This document shows positions 1-9,314 of a DNA stretch of 64,000 nucleotides, piece by piece. The notes beneath the pieces were generated by a model, which saw nothing but the letters and a program-made list of their open reading frames with translations, was not told where the DNA came from and did no database searches. The stretch is from the IMG/VR virus record IMGVR_UViG_3300019888_000003, positions 1 to 64,000 of that record, one strand, 5' to 3'. Within the stretch, counting starts at the first letter, position 1, and every line of letters begins with the position of its first letter. Made by a program: the position numbers and the translations under genes. Source of the stretch: a virus.

Positions 1-52
1 CTCGGCCCGGCTACGCAAATTCAAACACATTGCTAGAGAAAGGAATTGGCTG

Positions 53-577
53 ATGATGGGGGAGGAGCGGCTGCCTGTAGTGGGATACGAGGACCGCTAC
101 ATCGTCAGCAACTTCGGTGAAGTGTGGTCGCTCGACCATTATGACCGCCGAGGTGTGTTCCATCATGGCCAGCTGCTCAAGCTCAGTACGCATGAGTTCG
201 GGTATCCGGTGGCTAACCTCAAGCGAGACAACGTACAGAGAAGCACTCCGGTACACGTGCTTATTGCCGCAGCGTTCATTGGTCCGAGGCCGGAAGGGCA
301 CCAAGTCCGACACTTGGACGGCATCTCGCAGAACACTTACCTGATGAACTTGGACTATGGCACCCGTAAGCAAAACCAGCAGGACATGGCTCGCCACGGA
401 CGAGCGGGGAGGTATCAGGCAGCAAAGACACACTGTCCACAGGGTCACGAATACACCGAAGAGAACACGTATATCTACCACCGACCTCCACGTCGTGAAG
501 GTGGAATGTGGTCAACGGAGCGCTCTTGTAAAAAGTGCCCCAGAGAAAGGAAATTGAATCGTGGGACAATATTTTAA
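53..577 (+). CDS. NUMOD4-HNH homing endonuclease
   Basis: NUMOD4-like start (PVVGYEDRYIVSNFGEV), VHVLIAAAFIG..VRHLDG..N..NL, C-terminal KTHCPQGHEY zinc motif. Confidence 0.9.
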   Translation: MMGEERLPVVGYEDRYIVSNFGEVWSLDHYDRRGVFHHGQLLKLSTHEFGYPVANLKRDNVQRSTPVHVLIAAAFIGPRPEGHQVRHLDGISQNTYLMNLDYGTRKQNQQDMARHGRAGRYQAAKTHCPQGHEYTEENTYIYHRPPRREGGMWSTERSCKKCPRERKLNRGTIF

Positions 578-1220
578 GGCTTGCATCATCACCGACGACA
601 AGCCGCCGAAGGTGAAGTGGTTCATGTACAGCCATTTGTACGACAACGGTCTCAAGCTCATGGAGCACAGCTACGTCGGCAACGGGTTCGTGAAGGCCTT
701 CGAGATACTGCTCGCGCTGGACGGACCTCAGCGTGTCGTGTGGGCCGGGGACTACGCCGACCCGGAGCCAGGCACCGAGGACAATCTGTATTCCATGACC
801 AACGGCACGGACGGTGACGAGGATTTTACCATGTTGGCCGTGGTGCTCACCCCGGACCTGTTCAGCGGCGGGATGTTCTCCTCGCAGTTCGGTCAGGAGG
901 AAAAGAAGAAGTACGCGGTCAACTTCTGGCCACCGTTCCTCATCGACGATGCGGTGCATCGCTACATCCTCAACCACGACACCCAGCAGTATGCCGACAA
1001 GGCGCACGCCCCGAGTTCCAGCTGGGACCCCGACGTGCGCATTCATCCGTTGCCGTTGTTGACTTGTGAGGGCAACAACCGTGGTGGTGGTGACTACCGC
1101 AGCAACGATCGGGTTATCGGAAGCTGGGCGCGGGATCGGATCAGCATCGGAGAGAGCGTGCCGGAGGGGTATGCCGAGTTGGACTTCGCGGGGCTGCTCT
1201 CGGAGGAGAGCAACCGGTAA
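561..1220 (+). CDS. hypothetical phage protein
   Basis: RBS AAGGA, GC3-rich codons, MGQYF..GLKLMEHSY..WAGDYAD..IHPLPLLTCEGN. Confidence 0.8.
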   Translation: MGQYFKACIITDDKPPKVKWFMYSHLYDNGLKLMEHSYVGNGFVKAFEILLALDGPQRVVWAGDYADPEPGTEDNLYSMTNGTDGDEDFTMLAVVLTPDLFSGGMFSSQFGQEEKKKYAVNFWPPFLIDDAVHRYILNHDTQQYADKAHAPSSSWDPDVRIHPLPLLTCEGNNRGGGDYRSNDRVIGSWARDRISIGESVPEGYAELDFAGLLSEESNR

Positions 1221-1228
1221 ATCGAATC

Positions 1229-1280
1229 CAAAAATATTTTTCAGAAGGTAACGCGTCACCGTGGCGTCCCTATATACAGT
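1229..1280 (+). promoter_or_regulatory. putative early promoter, copy 1
   Basis: A/T tract, GGTAAC 1247-1252, N18, TATATA 1271-1276. Confidence 0.7.
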
Positions 1281-1326
1281 GTGTAAGGGACGCATACGGC
1301 GGACCCGAAGCCCCACGGAGGCCCAA

Positions 1327-2070
1327 ATGACTTACACCATTCGCCACACAGACCAGGTTCGCACCCCAGCAGACATCGACCGCGAGCTGTCCAAGGTCAA
1401 CGCCGAAGAGGCCTTGCTGGAGGCCAAGCTGGCCGAGGTTCGCAAGCGTCAGGACTACCTCAACGAGGTCTTCGCGGCGCGGGGCGGCTGGGAGCGTGCC
1501 TTTCTGGTCAACAACACCGGGGGCCACGTGCACACCAGCACTCGCTGCGGTTCCTGCTTCATTACCACCGAGTACGTGTGGCTCACCGAATTCAGCGGAC
1601 AGAGTCAGGACGAGATCATCGCCGCCGCAGGCGACAAGGCGTGCACTTGGTGCTACCCGGACGCTCCGGTCGAGATCACCAGCCGTCCGGGGACGATCAA
1701 GACCGACGAGGACCGTCGCCTGGAGCAGGTTCGCGCGGAGCGGGCAGCCAAGAACATCGAGAAGAGCGCCAAGCAGCTCAACGATCCGGCGACCGGCGAG
1801 ATGATGTACAAGACCGAGCGTGGCGCGGAGATGGCGGCAGTCCAGGCCCTCGCCGATATCCTGTGGTACGGCGGGACGCACCCCAGTGCTGCCGAGTGGA
1901 TCAATGCGGCAGACCGGGTGGCTCGGGCCGTTGCCGCCAAGCACGGAAGGGACTTCATCGAGGTGCTCAAGGAATTCGAGGCCAAGGCGGAAGCGAAGAA
2001 CAAGCGGGACCTGAAGGCAGCCGAGAAGGATCGTCGGGACCGTCCCGCCTTCTACGCACAGTTCTCCTGA
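1327..2070 (+). CDS. hypothetical early protein with HxxxxC/CxxC metal motifs
   Basis: ATG after CCCACGGAGG; GHVHTSTRCGSC and ACTWCYP. Confidence 0.8.
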   Translation: MTYTIRHTDQVRTPADIDRELSKVNAEEALLEAKLAEVRKRQDYLNEVFAARGGWERAFLVNNTGGHVHTSTRCGSCFITTEYVWLTEFSGQSQDEIIAAAGDKACTWCYPDAPVEITSRPGTIKTDEDRRLEQVRAERAAKNIEKSAKQLNDPATGEMMYKTERGAEMAAVQALADILWYGGTHPSAAEWINAADRVARAVAAKHGRDFIEVLKEFEAKAEAKNKRDLKAAEKDRRDRPAFYAQFS

Positions 2071-2078
2071 TCGGACGT

Positions 2079-2098
2079 CGGGGAGGGCAACCTCCCCG
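2079..2098 (+). terminator. GC hairpin, putative terminator
   Basis: CGGGGAGG-GCAA-CCTCCCCG just after the stop codon. Confidence 0.6.
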
Positions 2099-2143
2099 GC
2101 CACTTCACGTTCTACTTCACACTCACGAGAGGTCACAAGGACG

Positions 2144-2224
2144 ATGAGCAACGAGGAACTGGAAAGAATTCTGGAGTTCCTGCGGACAACAGGTCAGCTG
2201 GACTCGCACTGGTACGAGATGTAA
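2144..2224 (+). CDS. 26-aa small ORF (MSNEELERILEFLR...)
   Basis: read by hand; AAGGA close upstream. Confidence 0.4.
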   Translation: MSNEELERILEFLRTTGQLDSHWYEM

Positions 2225-2259
2225 GAGGCTGGCCGCTCAGGCGTGCCAGCGACGTGATC

Positions 2260-2312
2260 AAAAATAAAATTCCCAGAAGCGGTAACGCTTCCCTCGGCAT
2301 GACGTATATGTT
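2260..2312 (+). promoter_or_regulatory. putative early promoter, copy 2
   Basis: AAAATAAAATT, GGTAAC 2281-2286, N18, TATATG 2305-2310. Confidence 0.7.
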
Positions 2313-2372
2313 GGGTGTAGTACAAAAAAAGAGCCGCTCACAGAGCGAAACGCCCCCACGAAGGAGCACCCG

Positions 2373-2567
2373 ATGCGAAGCTTGCACACCACCACAGCGG
2401 ACGAGCTGGATTTCTTCCATGGCAAGTGCGGAGGTCATTGCGACAACCTCAAGCAGAGTAACCGTGTCGCTCGCGGCAAGGCCAAGGTCAAGAAGGCTTC
2501 CGTGCGCCGCGATCGTCGCGACTTCCGCTCCAGCCGCAACACCGCACAGTTCATGATCAACGCATGA
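2373..2567 (+). CDS. small basic hypothetical protein
   Basis: RBS AAGGAG; CGGHC motif; K/R rich. Confidence 0.7.
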   Translation: MRSLHTTTADELDFFHGKCGGHCDNLKQSNRVARGKAKVKKASVRRDRRDFRSSRNTAQFMINA

Positions 2568-2773
2568 TCAGCCAGGTGGAGGTGGCGCTCCTCGCTGTGC
2601 AGGACGGTATGGAGGAATTTCACGCCCTGCTGATCGAGTCGAAGGGCGATTGGACTGATGCCGTTCAGGCGCAGTACGAGCGCAACGAGGCTGCTGAGGT
2701 CGCCGCCATCGAGGCGGGGGCCACCTCGGACGAGATCTGGTTCGCACTTGGTTTCCCCGCCTGTCTCCGCTAG
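2564..2773 (+). CDS. small acidic hypothetical protein
   Basis: ATGA overlap with the upstream gene. Confidence 0.7.
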   Translation: MISQVEVALLAVQDGMEEFHALLIESKGDWTDAVQAQYERNEAAEVAAIEAGATSDEIWFALGFPACLR

Positions 2774-2780
2774 TTCGACT

Positions 2781-2833
2781 GAAATAAAAAATTCTAAAAG
2801 CGGTAACGCGCCGCCTGACGTGCCATATATAGT
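2781..2833 (+). promoter_or_regulatory. putative early promoter, copy 3
   Basis: AAATAAAAAATT, GGTAAC 2802-2807, N18, TATATAGT 2826-2833. Confidence 0.7.
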
Positions 2834-2885
2834 CAGTAAGCAACAAAGCAGCTCACAGAGCCCCAGCCCCCACGAGGAGAATCCA

Positions 2886-3452
2886 ATGCCTGCCATCACA
2901 GCAATCCAGCAGTTCCGGGTCAACGACGTCATTGTCCAGATCAATCCGCGTAGCTTCGACTACCCCACTTCCTATGGTGAGCAGCGCAACAACCGGATCA
3001 AGTCCACTCGCGTTTACGGTGCGGTGGACACCTTTGCGGCTGTCGAGATGGAGTCCGAGCCGTATGTCGGGCAGTTCTTGTTCACCGAGCGGATTCAGCC
3101 GGGGATGTGGGCCAACATGAGCGAGGCGGATCGCGAGGAGATGACGGTCAAGATCACCGAGTGGAGCACCTGGAAGCGCAATATCGCCAAGCTCGCTCGC
3201 GCCGGAGCGGTAGCTGCCTTGACTCGCCTGGTGGGCGAGCAGCAGTTCGATTACCGCCCGAAGAAGGACTCCGACACCAAGATTCGGATGCGCTTCGATC
3301 AGAAGGCGGGTTGTGGCTGTGGTTGCTCACCGGGCATGGTGCTGGAGGGCCAACTGGTGGACGCCAACGGATCGCCTGTCGACATCTGGATCGAGAAGGC
3401 CCCAGCGATGTTCGAGGTAGTGGCCGAGCTGGCGGTCAGCGTCAACATATAA
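2886..3452 (+). CDS. hypothetical protein (QKAGCGCGCSPG motif)
   Basis: RBS GAGGAG before ATG 2886. Confidence 0.8.
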   Translation: MPAITAIQQFRVNDVIVQINPRSFDYPTSYGEQRNNRIKSTRVYGAVDTFAAVEMESEPYVGQFLFTERIQPGMWANMSEADREEMTVKITEWSTWKRNIAKLARAGAVAALTRLVGEQQFDYRPKKDSDTKIRMRFDQKAGCGCGCSPGMVLEGQLVDANGSPVDIWIEKAPAMFEVVAELAVSVNI

Positions 3453-3561
3453 TCCCAATCCTGGCAGCCTGTGTGAGCCTGTCGACTTTCCGCGCGGGAG
3501 CCGACAGTCGGGTGCGAGACCTGAGCCAGGAGCGCATTGTCCCCACGACGAAAGGCGACTT

Positions 3562-3783
3562 ATGACGACGAATACGAGGTCCAAGGGTCGGATGCGGGCC
3601 TACTTTGGGTTGCCACCCAAGGAAGTACTTTCGGACGCCGAGGTGGAGATCGTTCAAGTTTCCCCGGAGTACGTCGATACACCGCTCTATGCTTTCACGT
3701 TGGCCCGCCTGGGGCCCCTGCCCACGTTCGAGGAGTGCACGCCTAAGCAAAAGGTCGCACTAAAGAAGTCAGCAGCAAAATGA
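3562..3783 (+). CDS. hypothetical protein
   Basis: RBS GAAAGG; ATGA overlap with the next gene. Confidence 0.65.
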   Translation: MTTNTRSKGRMRAYFGLPPKEVLSDAEVEIVQVSPEYVDTPLYAFTLARLGPLPTFEECTPKQKVALKKSAAK

Positions 3784-4034
3784 CAGCTCACGACGATGAA
3801 CTCCGTTCAGTCCGCTCGCTTTCGACCATCGCGGAGGATGTCTACACCAACTGGCCGAAGGTGAACTACGCAGCAGAGCCCTACCTCGATGCCATGCGGT
3901 CGCTGGACAGGATTACCGACAGGTACTTCGAGGATTCCGCAGGCAGTATCGTGCGGTATTTTCTCAGCAATGCGACTAGCTGGAGAGGCGAGCACGCTCG
4001 CCGGATCAAGGCCGAACTGAAATCCATGCTCTAA
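3780..4034 (+). CDS. conserved hypothetical phage protein
   Basis: PYLDAM..YFLSNATSWRGE..RRIKAELK. Confidence 0.8.
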   Translation: MTAHDDELRSVRSLSTIAEDVYTNWPKVNYAAEPYLDAMRSLDRITDRYFEDSAGSIVRYFLSNATSWRGEHARRIKAELKSML

Positions 4035-4058
4035 CTCCATCCGACCAAGGAGAACACT

Positions 4059-4529
4059 ATGCAGACCAAGACACTCGTTCAGGCCACCGCCAACATCGTC
4101 ACGATCGTCAATCTCGCCGAGGGTGATGTCTACAAGCGAATCACCAAGAGCGACTACGAGCGCGACTACAAGATGTTCATGGGCGTCGTCACGTCGGTGA
4201 TGCACAACGGTGAGGAAGCGGCCATCACCGCTATCGAGTTCGAGGAGGAGTACTCCAGGGTCAATGTGAAGAACAAAATCTTCGCGGCTGATTCCGAGAT
4301 GCAGCTCTACTCGACCACCCCGGAAGAGGTCTCCGCGCACCTCGGAACGCTCGCCAAGCTCGCCCGCGAGGATGTCAAGCGCAAGGCCACCGAACTAGCA
4401 GATGCCGAAGGTGTCGTGCAGCGCATTGCGCGCATCGACCAGATGGCAGGCGCAGGCCAGCTCAAGGCTGCGACCACCGGAACCCCCAAGACTCTCGACG
4501 CAGCAACCGCCGACGTCGAGACCGAGTAA
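4059..4529 (+). CDS. hypothetical protein
   Basis: RBS AAGGAG, codon bias. Confidence 0.8.
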   Translation: MQTKTLVQATANIVTIVNLAEGDVYKRITKSDYERDYKMFMGVVTSVMHNGEEAAITAIEFEEEYSRVNVKNKIFAADSEMQLYSTTPEEVSAHLGTLAKLAREDVKRKATELADAEGVVQRIARIDQMAGAGQLKAATTGTPKTLDAATADVETE

Positions 4530-4565
4530 TCAACTCCACCACGAAGAAAAGGAAACACGATCCTC

Positions 4566-4991
4566 ATGAGCAATCCCTACGACCCCCAGCAGGGTCACAA
4601 CCAGCCACCACCTCCCGGTTACTACCCGACCGGATTCTCTCCGGGCCGTCCTTACGACACGGTCAATCCCGAGAAGAACGGCTTCGGTTTGGCCGCTGTC
4701 ATCCTTGGCCCGATCGGCTTGTTCTTCTGCATCATGCCGATCACCGGATGGCTAGGCGTCATTCTCGGTTTCGTCGGGCTGATATTCGGTATCGCCGGAC
4801 TGGCCCGCGTCAGCAAGGGCAAGGCGACGAACAAGAAAACCGCAGTGACCGGCCTTGTGTTCTCGCTGCTCGCCATCGTGGCCGGTATCGCGGCAACGGT
4901 GGTGTTCTTCTCCATCGTCAACGACTTCGGCAACGACATGGACTGCATCTCCCGCGCTAATACGTCCGCAGAAATCAACGCCTGCCATTGA
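4566..4991 (+). CDS. DUF4190-like membrane protein
   Basis: Pro-rich N-terminus, KNGFGLAAVILG, 2-3 TM helices. Confidence 0.75.
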   Translation: MSNPYDPQQGHNQPPPPGYYPTGFSPGRPYDTVNPEKNGFGLAAVILGPIGLFFCIMPITGWLGVILGFVGLIFGIAGLARVSKGKATNKKTAVTGLVFSLLAIVAGIAATVVFFSIVNDFGNDMDCISRANTSAEINACH

Positions 4992-5037
4992 GGTTCAGGA
5001 TCTTCAGCTCAGTCCGGCTAAGTAGCCCCCTATAAAC

Positions 5038-5107
5038 ACAGAACTCCTTCGAGGGAGTGGCTGATAGTGTGAGACGAACTATCGGCGCTCGCTCGAAGGA
5101 GTTTTGT
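5038..5107 (+). promoter_or_regulatory. long leader hairpin occluding the RBS of the modification operon
   Basis: ACAGAACTCCTTCGAG/CTCGAAGGAGTTTTGT plus GCTGATAGT/ACTATCGGC. Confidence 0.7.
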
Positions 5108-5108
5108 C

Positions 5109-5738
5109 GTGACCGAGGCCAAACCACAGCACGAAGTACGGCACCCTTCCGAGTTGCATGTATTCCACAAGAACCCGCGCGTGGGCAACGTGGACGCCAT
5201 CGCAGCTAGCCTTCGGGCCAACAGTCAATACCGCCCCATTGTCGTGAACAGGGGTACGCACACCGGACGTCCACTGGAGGTACTGGCGGGCAATCACACG
5301 CTGATGGCGTTTCGTGACCTGGCGGAGAAGCATCCCGAGGACGAGCGTTGGCAAAGCATCGACTGCTGGATGATCGACGTGGACGATGACCGGGCGGCGC
5401 GCATCGTGGCGGCGGATAACAGGACAGCGGAGCTTGGTGGCTTCGATGACCGCCTGCTGCTGGAGCTACTGCAAGACCTCCCCGATTTGAACGGCACCGG
5501 CTACGATGCCAACGACCTGATGGCGCTGGCGGACATCGTCGGGGGCGCGCCTACGTTGGAGGAGCTGGAAAAAGAAATCGGAGAGCCACAGCCCGGAGAC
5601 GATTACACGATGATTCGTCTTGCCGTGACGCCCGACGTGGGCAAGGAGTGGGAGCGGTGGCGCGAGCAGCACGGTAGTGACACTCAGGCGCTGGGGCTGT
5701 TGCTGGAAAGTGTCTCCTCGGACATCCTCAGTTCATGA
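5109..5738 (+). CDS. ParB-like nuclease-domain protein (DNA-modification associated)
   Basis: NPR..PIVVN..VLAGNHT..ADNRTAELG; directly upstream of dpdA. Confidence 0.85.
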   Translation: MTEAKPQHEVRHPSELHVFHKNPRVGNVDAIAASLRANSQYRPIVVNRGTHTGRPLEVLAGNHTLMAFRDLAEKHPEDERWQSIDCWMIDVDDDRAARIVAADNRTAELGGFDDRLLLELLQDLPDLNGTGYDANDLMALADIVGGAPTLEELEKEIGEPQPGDDYTMIRLAVTPDVGKEWERWREQHGSDTQALGLLLESVSSDILSS

Positions 5739-6733
5739 TTCCCGCCCCCCGCAATGCTTTGGTGTCCTATCACTACTACGCGAAGGACGACCTGGAAAAG
5801 TATGCCAATCTCCGTCTGATCGGGGACTCCGGTGCCTTCTCTGCGCTGTCGCAAGGGGCCACCATTCCACTGGATGACCTGTGCGCCTGGGCTATTCGAT
5901 GGAAGCATCGTCTGGCATGGATGGCGTCTCTGGATGTGATTGGTGATCCGGTGGGCACGCGTCGAAATTGGCAGATCATGGTGGACCGCTACGGCATCCA
6001 GGCAGTGCCCACGATTCACTTTCCGCATGGTGGCAGGGAAATGGAGCACTACATCGACCAGGGTGTCGACTTCTTCGGCCTCGGTGGCTTGGTGGGAACG
6101 GGTTACGACAAGGCGAAGACCTTTCGTTGGTTGGTGTCCATTTTCCGTTATGCCCAGCAGCGACATCCGCACGTGCGCTTCCACGGCTGGGGTGTCACCT
6201 CTCAGACCCTGTTGCGGTTGCCGTTTTTCTCGGTGGACTCCAGCGCGTGGGGCAGTGGCTATCGCTATGGCATCGTTCGCATTCGCGACCCTCGAACGAA
6301 CAAGAACGTGACCGTGGCGATGGACGGCAAGGACGCCTACACGAGCGCCAAAGCACACCTGCTGGCCCGTCACTACGGTGTCGCTCCGTCGCAGATATCG
6401 CGTTCACACGGCGGGAACGCGGAGTTGATCGTGCGCATGAGCGCACTGTCGGCCAGTGTGCAGGAACAGCACTTTCGTAGTGCGCACGGTCTCATCACCT
6501 CTCCGACGTGGGGCATCAATACCACCTACGCTGCTCCGCGCGTGCACCTGGTGGGTGAGAGCAACGAGGGGGCAACGTCTCCAGTCGATGGGCCCCATCT
6601 GCATCTGGTAGATGGGTCCAAGAGCGCGCTGGAGCGGCTCAACACTCTTGCTGGTCCGCCCGGACACGTGGCAGACTCCACTTTGAGGCGTATCACGTCG
6701 ACAACTGCACAGCTTGCGCAACCTGGCTCCTGA
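5735..6733 (+). CDS. dpdA: DpdA-type DNA 7-deazaguanine transglycosylase (TGT fold)
   Basis: DSGAFS, LDVIGD, GLGGLVG, FHGWGVT and SVDSSAW motifs; que operon context. Confidence 0.85.
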   Translation: MIPAPRNALVSYHYYAKDDLEKYANLRLIGDSGAFSALSQGATIPLDDLCAWAIRWKHRLAWMASLDVIGDPVGTRRNWQIMVDRYGIQAVPTIHFPHGGREMEHYIDQGVDFFGLGGLVGTGYDKAKTFRWLVSIFRYAQQRHPHVRFHGWGVTSQTLLRLPFFSVDSSAWGSGYRYGIVRIRDPRTNKNVTVAMDGKDAYTSAKAHLLARHYGVAPSQISRSHGGNAELIVRMSALSASVQEQHFRSAHGLITSPTWGINTTYAAPRVHLVGESNEGATSPVDGPHLHLVDGSKSALERLNTLAGPPGHVADSTLRRITSTTAQLAQPGS

Positions 6734-6798
6734 GTCAGGAAAACCGGAAGGAAACTCCGTGATCATCCATTTCCTCGTCATGGGCTGTTGAGCCCACC

Positions 6799-8157
6799 AT
6801 GTGTTCTATTACTGGCGCGATTGCGTTGGGCCCGGAGTCGGAGATCGACAGTGATCTCTACATGTCCATTCTCACGTTGGCGGGTGAAAGAGGAAGGGAC
6901 GCAGTAGGTTTCGGCACGAATCGAGGAGACGAGTATCGGTTCGTCGGACCCAAGTTCATCAACGAGGACCTCAGTGGTTCGCGCTGGGTGATCGGGAACA
7001 ATCGTGGGGAGCCCACTACCGAGTACGTACCCAATCCGACGCTGGGTGATATTCAGCCCTACCGTAGCGGTCGATTTGCTGTCGTGCACAACGGCACTAT
7101 TGCCAACGACAAGGACCTTGCGCTGGCCCAGGGGTGGAAGACCCCGCGTGTTGATTCGCAGATCATTCCGCTCATCCTCCACCGATTTTGGACGGACGAT
7201 CGTGACACCGATCAGCTTCGATCGGCGCTGGGTATGCTGCACGGTAGCTATGCACTGGCCGCAGCGAACTACGAGACCGGGACTGTGGTGCTGGCGTGCA
7301 ACTACAAGCCCATCTTCACCGCTGTCATCGACGAGGTGCTCTACTTCGCGTCCCTCCCCTCACACTTGCCGGGGCACCAGACGATCCGCTCCACAATCCA
7401 CAAGGTGGAGCCTTACAGCGCGGTTGTCGTGGGACGCGATGGGGCAGTGAAGTACGTAAACCTGCGATCTGAAGAAAAAAATATGAAGGCCCTCGTGATT
7501 CTGTCCGGAGGGCTGGATTCCACCACCGTGGCTGCGTACATGAAGAAGAAGAAGAACTACGACGTGACGCTGCTGCACGTGGAGTACCACTGTCGGGCAC
7601 AGGAGCGCGAGATCGAAGCAGTAGAAGCCATCGCCGCCACTCTCGAACTGCCGTTGATCAGGCTCAATACAGATATTTTTTCCGAAGTGATCAGGGGCAG
7701 CACGCTGACGAGTACCGAGGGCGAGATCGCTCAAGGGGAAGTGGGCAGCGAGTACGCGATGGAGTGGGTGCCTGCGCGCAATCTCATCCTGAGCGCGCTG
7801 GCGGTGGGTATCGCCGAGAGTCGGGGCATCGACACCATTGCCTTGGGCAACAACCTGGAGGAGTCCGGGGCCTATCCCGACAACGAGCAGGAGTTCATTC
7901 GGGCACTCAACTTCGTGATGCCCAACGCGGTCAACGAGGGCCAGCGGGTGGCGTTCATCGAACCGGTGGGCAACCTGATGAAACATGAGATCGTGCGCCT
8001 GGGCCTGGAGATCGCCGCTCCGCTGCATTTGACGTGGAGTTGTTACAAAGGCGGCGAGCACCATTGTGGTGACTGTGGACCCTGCTACATGCGGCGCAAG
8101 GCGTTCACGATGAACGGTGTCGAGGACGCGATGCCCTACGAGAAGGTGGCATCGTGA
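6799..8157 (+). CDS. queC: Gat-QueC fusion (class II glutamine amidotransferase + preQ0 synthase)
   Basis: N-terminal MC nucleophile, RGRD, HNGTIAN; SGGLDS PP-loop, VPARN, YPD, CY..HCGDCGPC. Confidence 0.93.
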   Translation: MCSITGAIALGPESEIDSDLYMSILTLAGERGRDAVGFGTNRGDEYRFVGPKFINEDLSGSRWVIGNNRGEPTTEYVPNPTLGDIQPYRSGRFAVVHNGTIANDKDLALAQGWKTPRVDSQIIPLILHRFWTDDRDTDQLRSALGMLHGSYALAAANYETGTVVLACNYKPIFTAVIDEVLYFASLPSHLPGHQTIRSTIHKVEPYSAVVVGRDGAVKYVNLRSEEKNMKALVILSGGLDSTTVAAYMKKKKNYDVTLLHVEYHCRAQEREIEAVEAIAATLELPLIRLNTDIFSEVIRGSTLTSTEGEIAQGEVGSEYAMEWVPARNLILSALAVGIAESRGIDTIALGNNLEESGAYPDNEQEFIRALNFVMPNAVNEGQRVAFIEPVGNLMKHEIVRLGLEIAAPLHLTWSCYKGGEHHCGDCGPCYMRRKAFTMNGVEDAMPYEKVAS

Positions 8158-8591
8158 GCGACACCAAGATGGAGATCACCGTCAAGCACCACATGAGCGC
8201 GGGGCACCGCATTCCCGGACTGGCGGGTGAGGGGTCCAAGTGTTCCAACATCCACGGTCACACGTTCGGTATCTCCTGGACGTTCCGGGTCGACAGCGTG
8301 AACGCAGAAGCCATCGAGTTCGCCGAGGTGAAGAAGCGCCTGCGCGGGTGGATCAACGAGCACTTGGATCATGGTTTTATTTGCTACGCGGAGGACATCA
8401 AGACCATCAAGTTCCTCTACGCGAACAAGCACAAGCTCTACGTCGTCGACCATCCGCCGACCACCGAGATGATCGCCACGGAAATTGCGAACGCGGTACT
8501 GAGCATGGAGGGTCTTGGTGAGTATCTCGTCGCCGTGGACGTCACCGAGGGGCCGCACAACTCCGCACGGTGGAGTCGTGAGCTGTCGTGA
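8154..8591 (+). CDS. queD: 6-carboxytetrahydropterin synthase
   Basis: AGHR, CSNIHGH, LDH, PTTE. Confidence 0.92.
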   Translation: MSDTKMEITVKHHMSAGHRIPGLAGEGSKCSNIHGHTFGISWTFRVDSVNAEAIEFAEVKKRLRGWINEHLDHGFICYAEDIKTIKFLYANKHKLYVVDHPPTTEMIATEIANAVLSMEGLGEYLVAVDVTEGPHNSARWSRELS

Positions 8592-9313
8592 CGCCGACCA
8601 TCCCCGTCTCGGAGCAATTCGGAATCACGATTCAGGGTGAGGGACCGTACGCCGGTCGCTCCGTCCAGTTCCTTCGTACGGGTGGCTGCAATCTGTCGTG
8701 CTCGTGGTGCGACACCCCCTACACCTGGAACGGTGAGCTGTTCGATCTACGCAAGGAGTTGACTCCGACCACGGTCGACGACATCGTCGCGCGGACCATC
8801 CCGAATCTGCCCATCATCATCTCGGGCGGGGAACCTCTTCTGCACCAAGGGAACCCGGATTGGGAGCAGATGATGATCGGCCTGTCCGGAAAGGGCTGCG
8901 ACATTCATCTGGAGACCAACGGCACCATCGCACCCAACGGGGTCACGCAGAAGTGGGCCTCCTTCGCCAGCATTTCACCGAAGCTCGATCATGCGGGGCC
9001 TCATCGGGGCAACCAAGACCCGACGATGTCGTGGGAGTGGGTGGACTACATCGAGTCGATGACCGATGACCCCTTGGCTCGCACGTCGATCCTCAAGTTC
9101 GTCGTCACCACCGTCGAGGATGTAGACACGTCGCTTTCCTATGCCAAGAAGTACAGGTGGCCCACGGATCGAGTGTGGGTCATGCCCGAAGGGACGAGCG
9201 CGGAGGCATTACAGGCCAAGTGGCCAGCAGTAGCGAAGCGGGCTGCGGAGTTGCACATCAATGCTTCTCACAGACTCCATGTCCTCGCTTTCGGGAATAC
9301 GAAAGGGACGTGA
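8588..9313 (+). CDS. queE: 7-carboxy-7-deazaguanine synthase (radical SAM)
   Basis: TIQGEG, GCNLSCSWCDT, SGGEP, ETNGT, SPK. Confidence 0.95.
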   Translation: MTPTIPVSEQFGITIQGEGPYAGRSVQFLRTGGCNLSCSWCDTPYTWNGELFDLRKELTPTTVDDIVARTIPNLPIIISGGEPLLHQGNPDWEQMMIGLSGKGCDIHLETNGTIAPNGVTQKWASFASISPKLDHAGPHRGNQDPTMSWEWVDYIESMTDDPLARTSILKFVVTTVEDVDTSLSYAKKYRWPTDRVWVMPEGTSAEALQAKWPAVAKRAAELHINASHRLHVLAFGNTKGT

Positions 9314-9314
9314 G

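Noticed and set aside
4990-5045. preQ1 riboswitch upstream of the que operon (AGGTTC...CCCTATAAACAC)
   Set aside because: Superficial resemblance only; the P1 stem and loop spacing do not fit, and the long anti-SD hairpin explains the region better
7471-7485. slippery A-run / separate queC start at ATG 7483
   Set aside because: Gat and QueC are already in one frame and there is no clear SD; treated as the fusion junction
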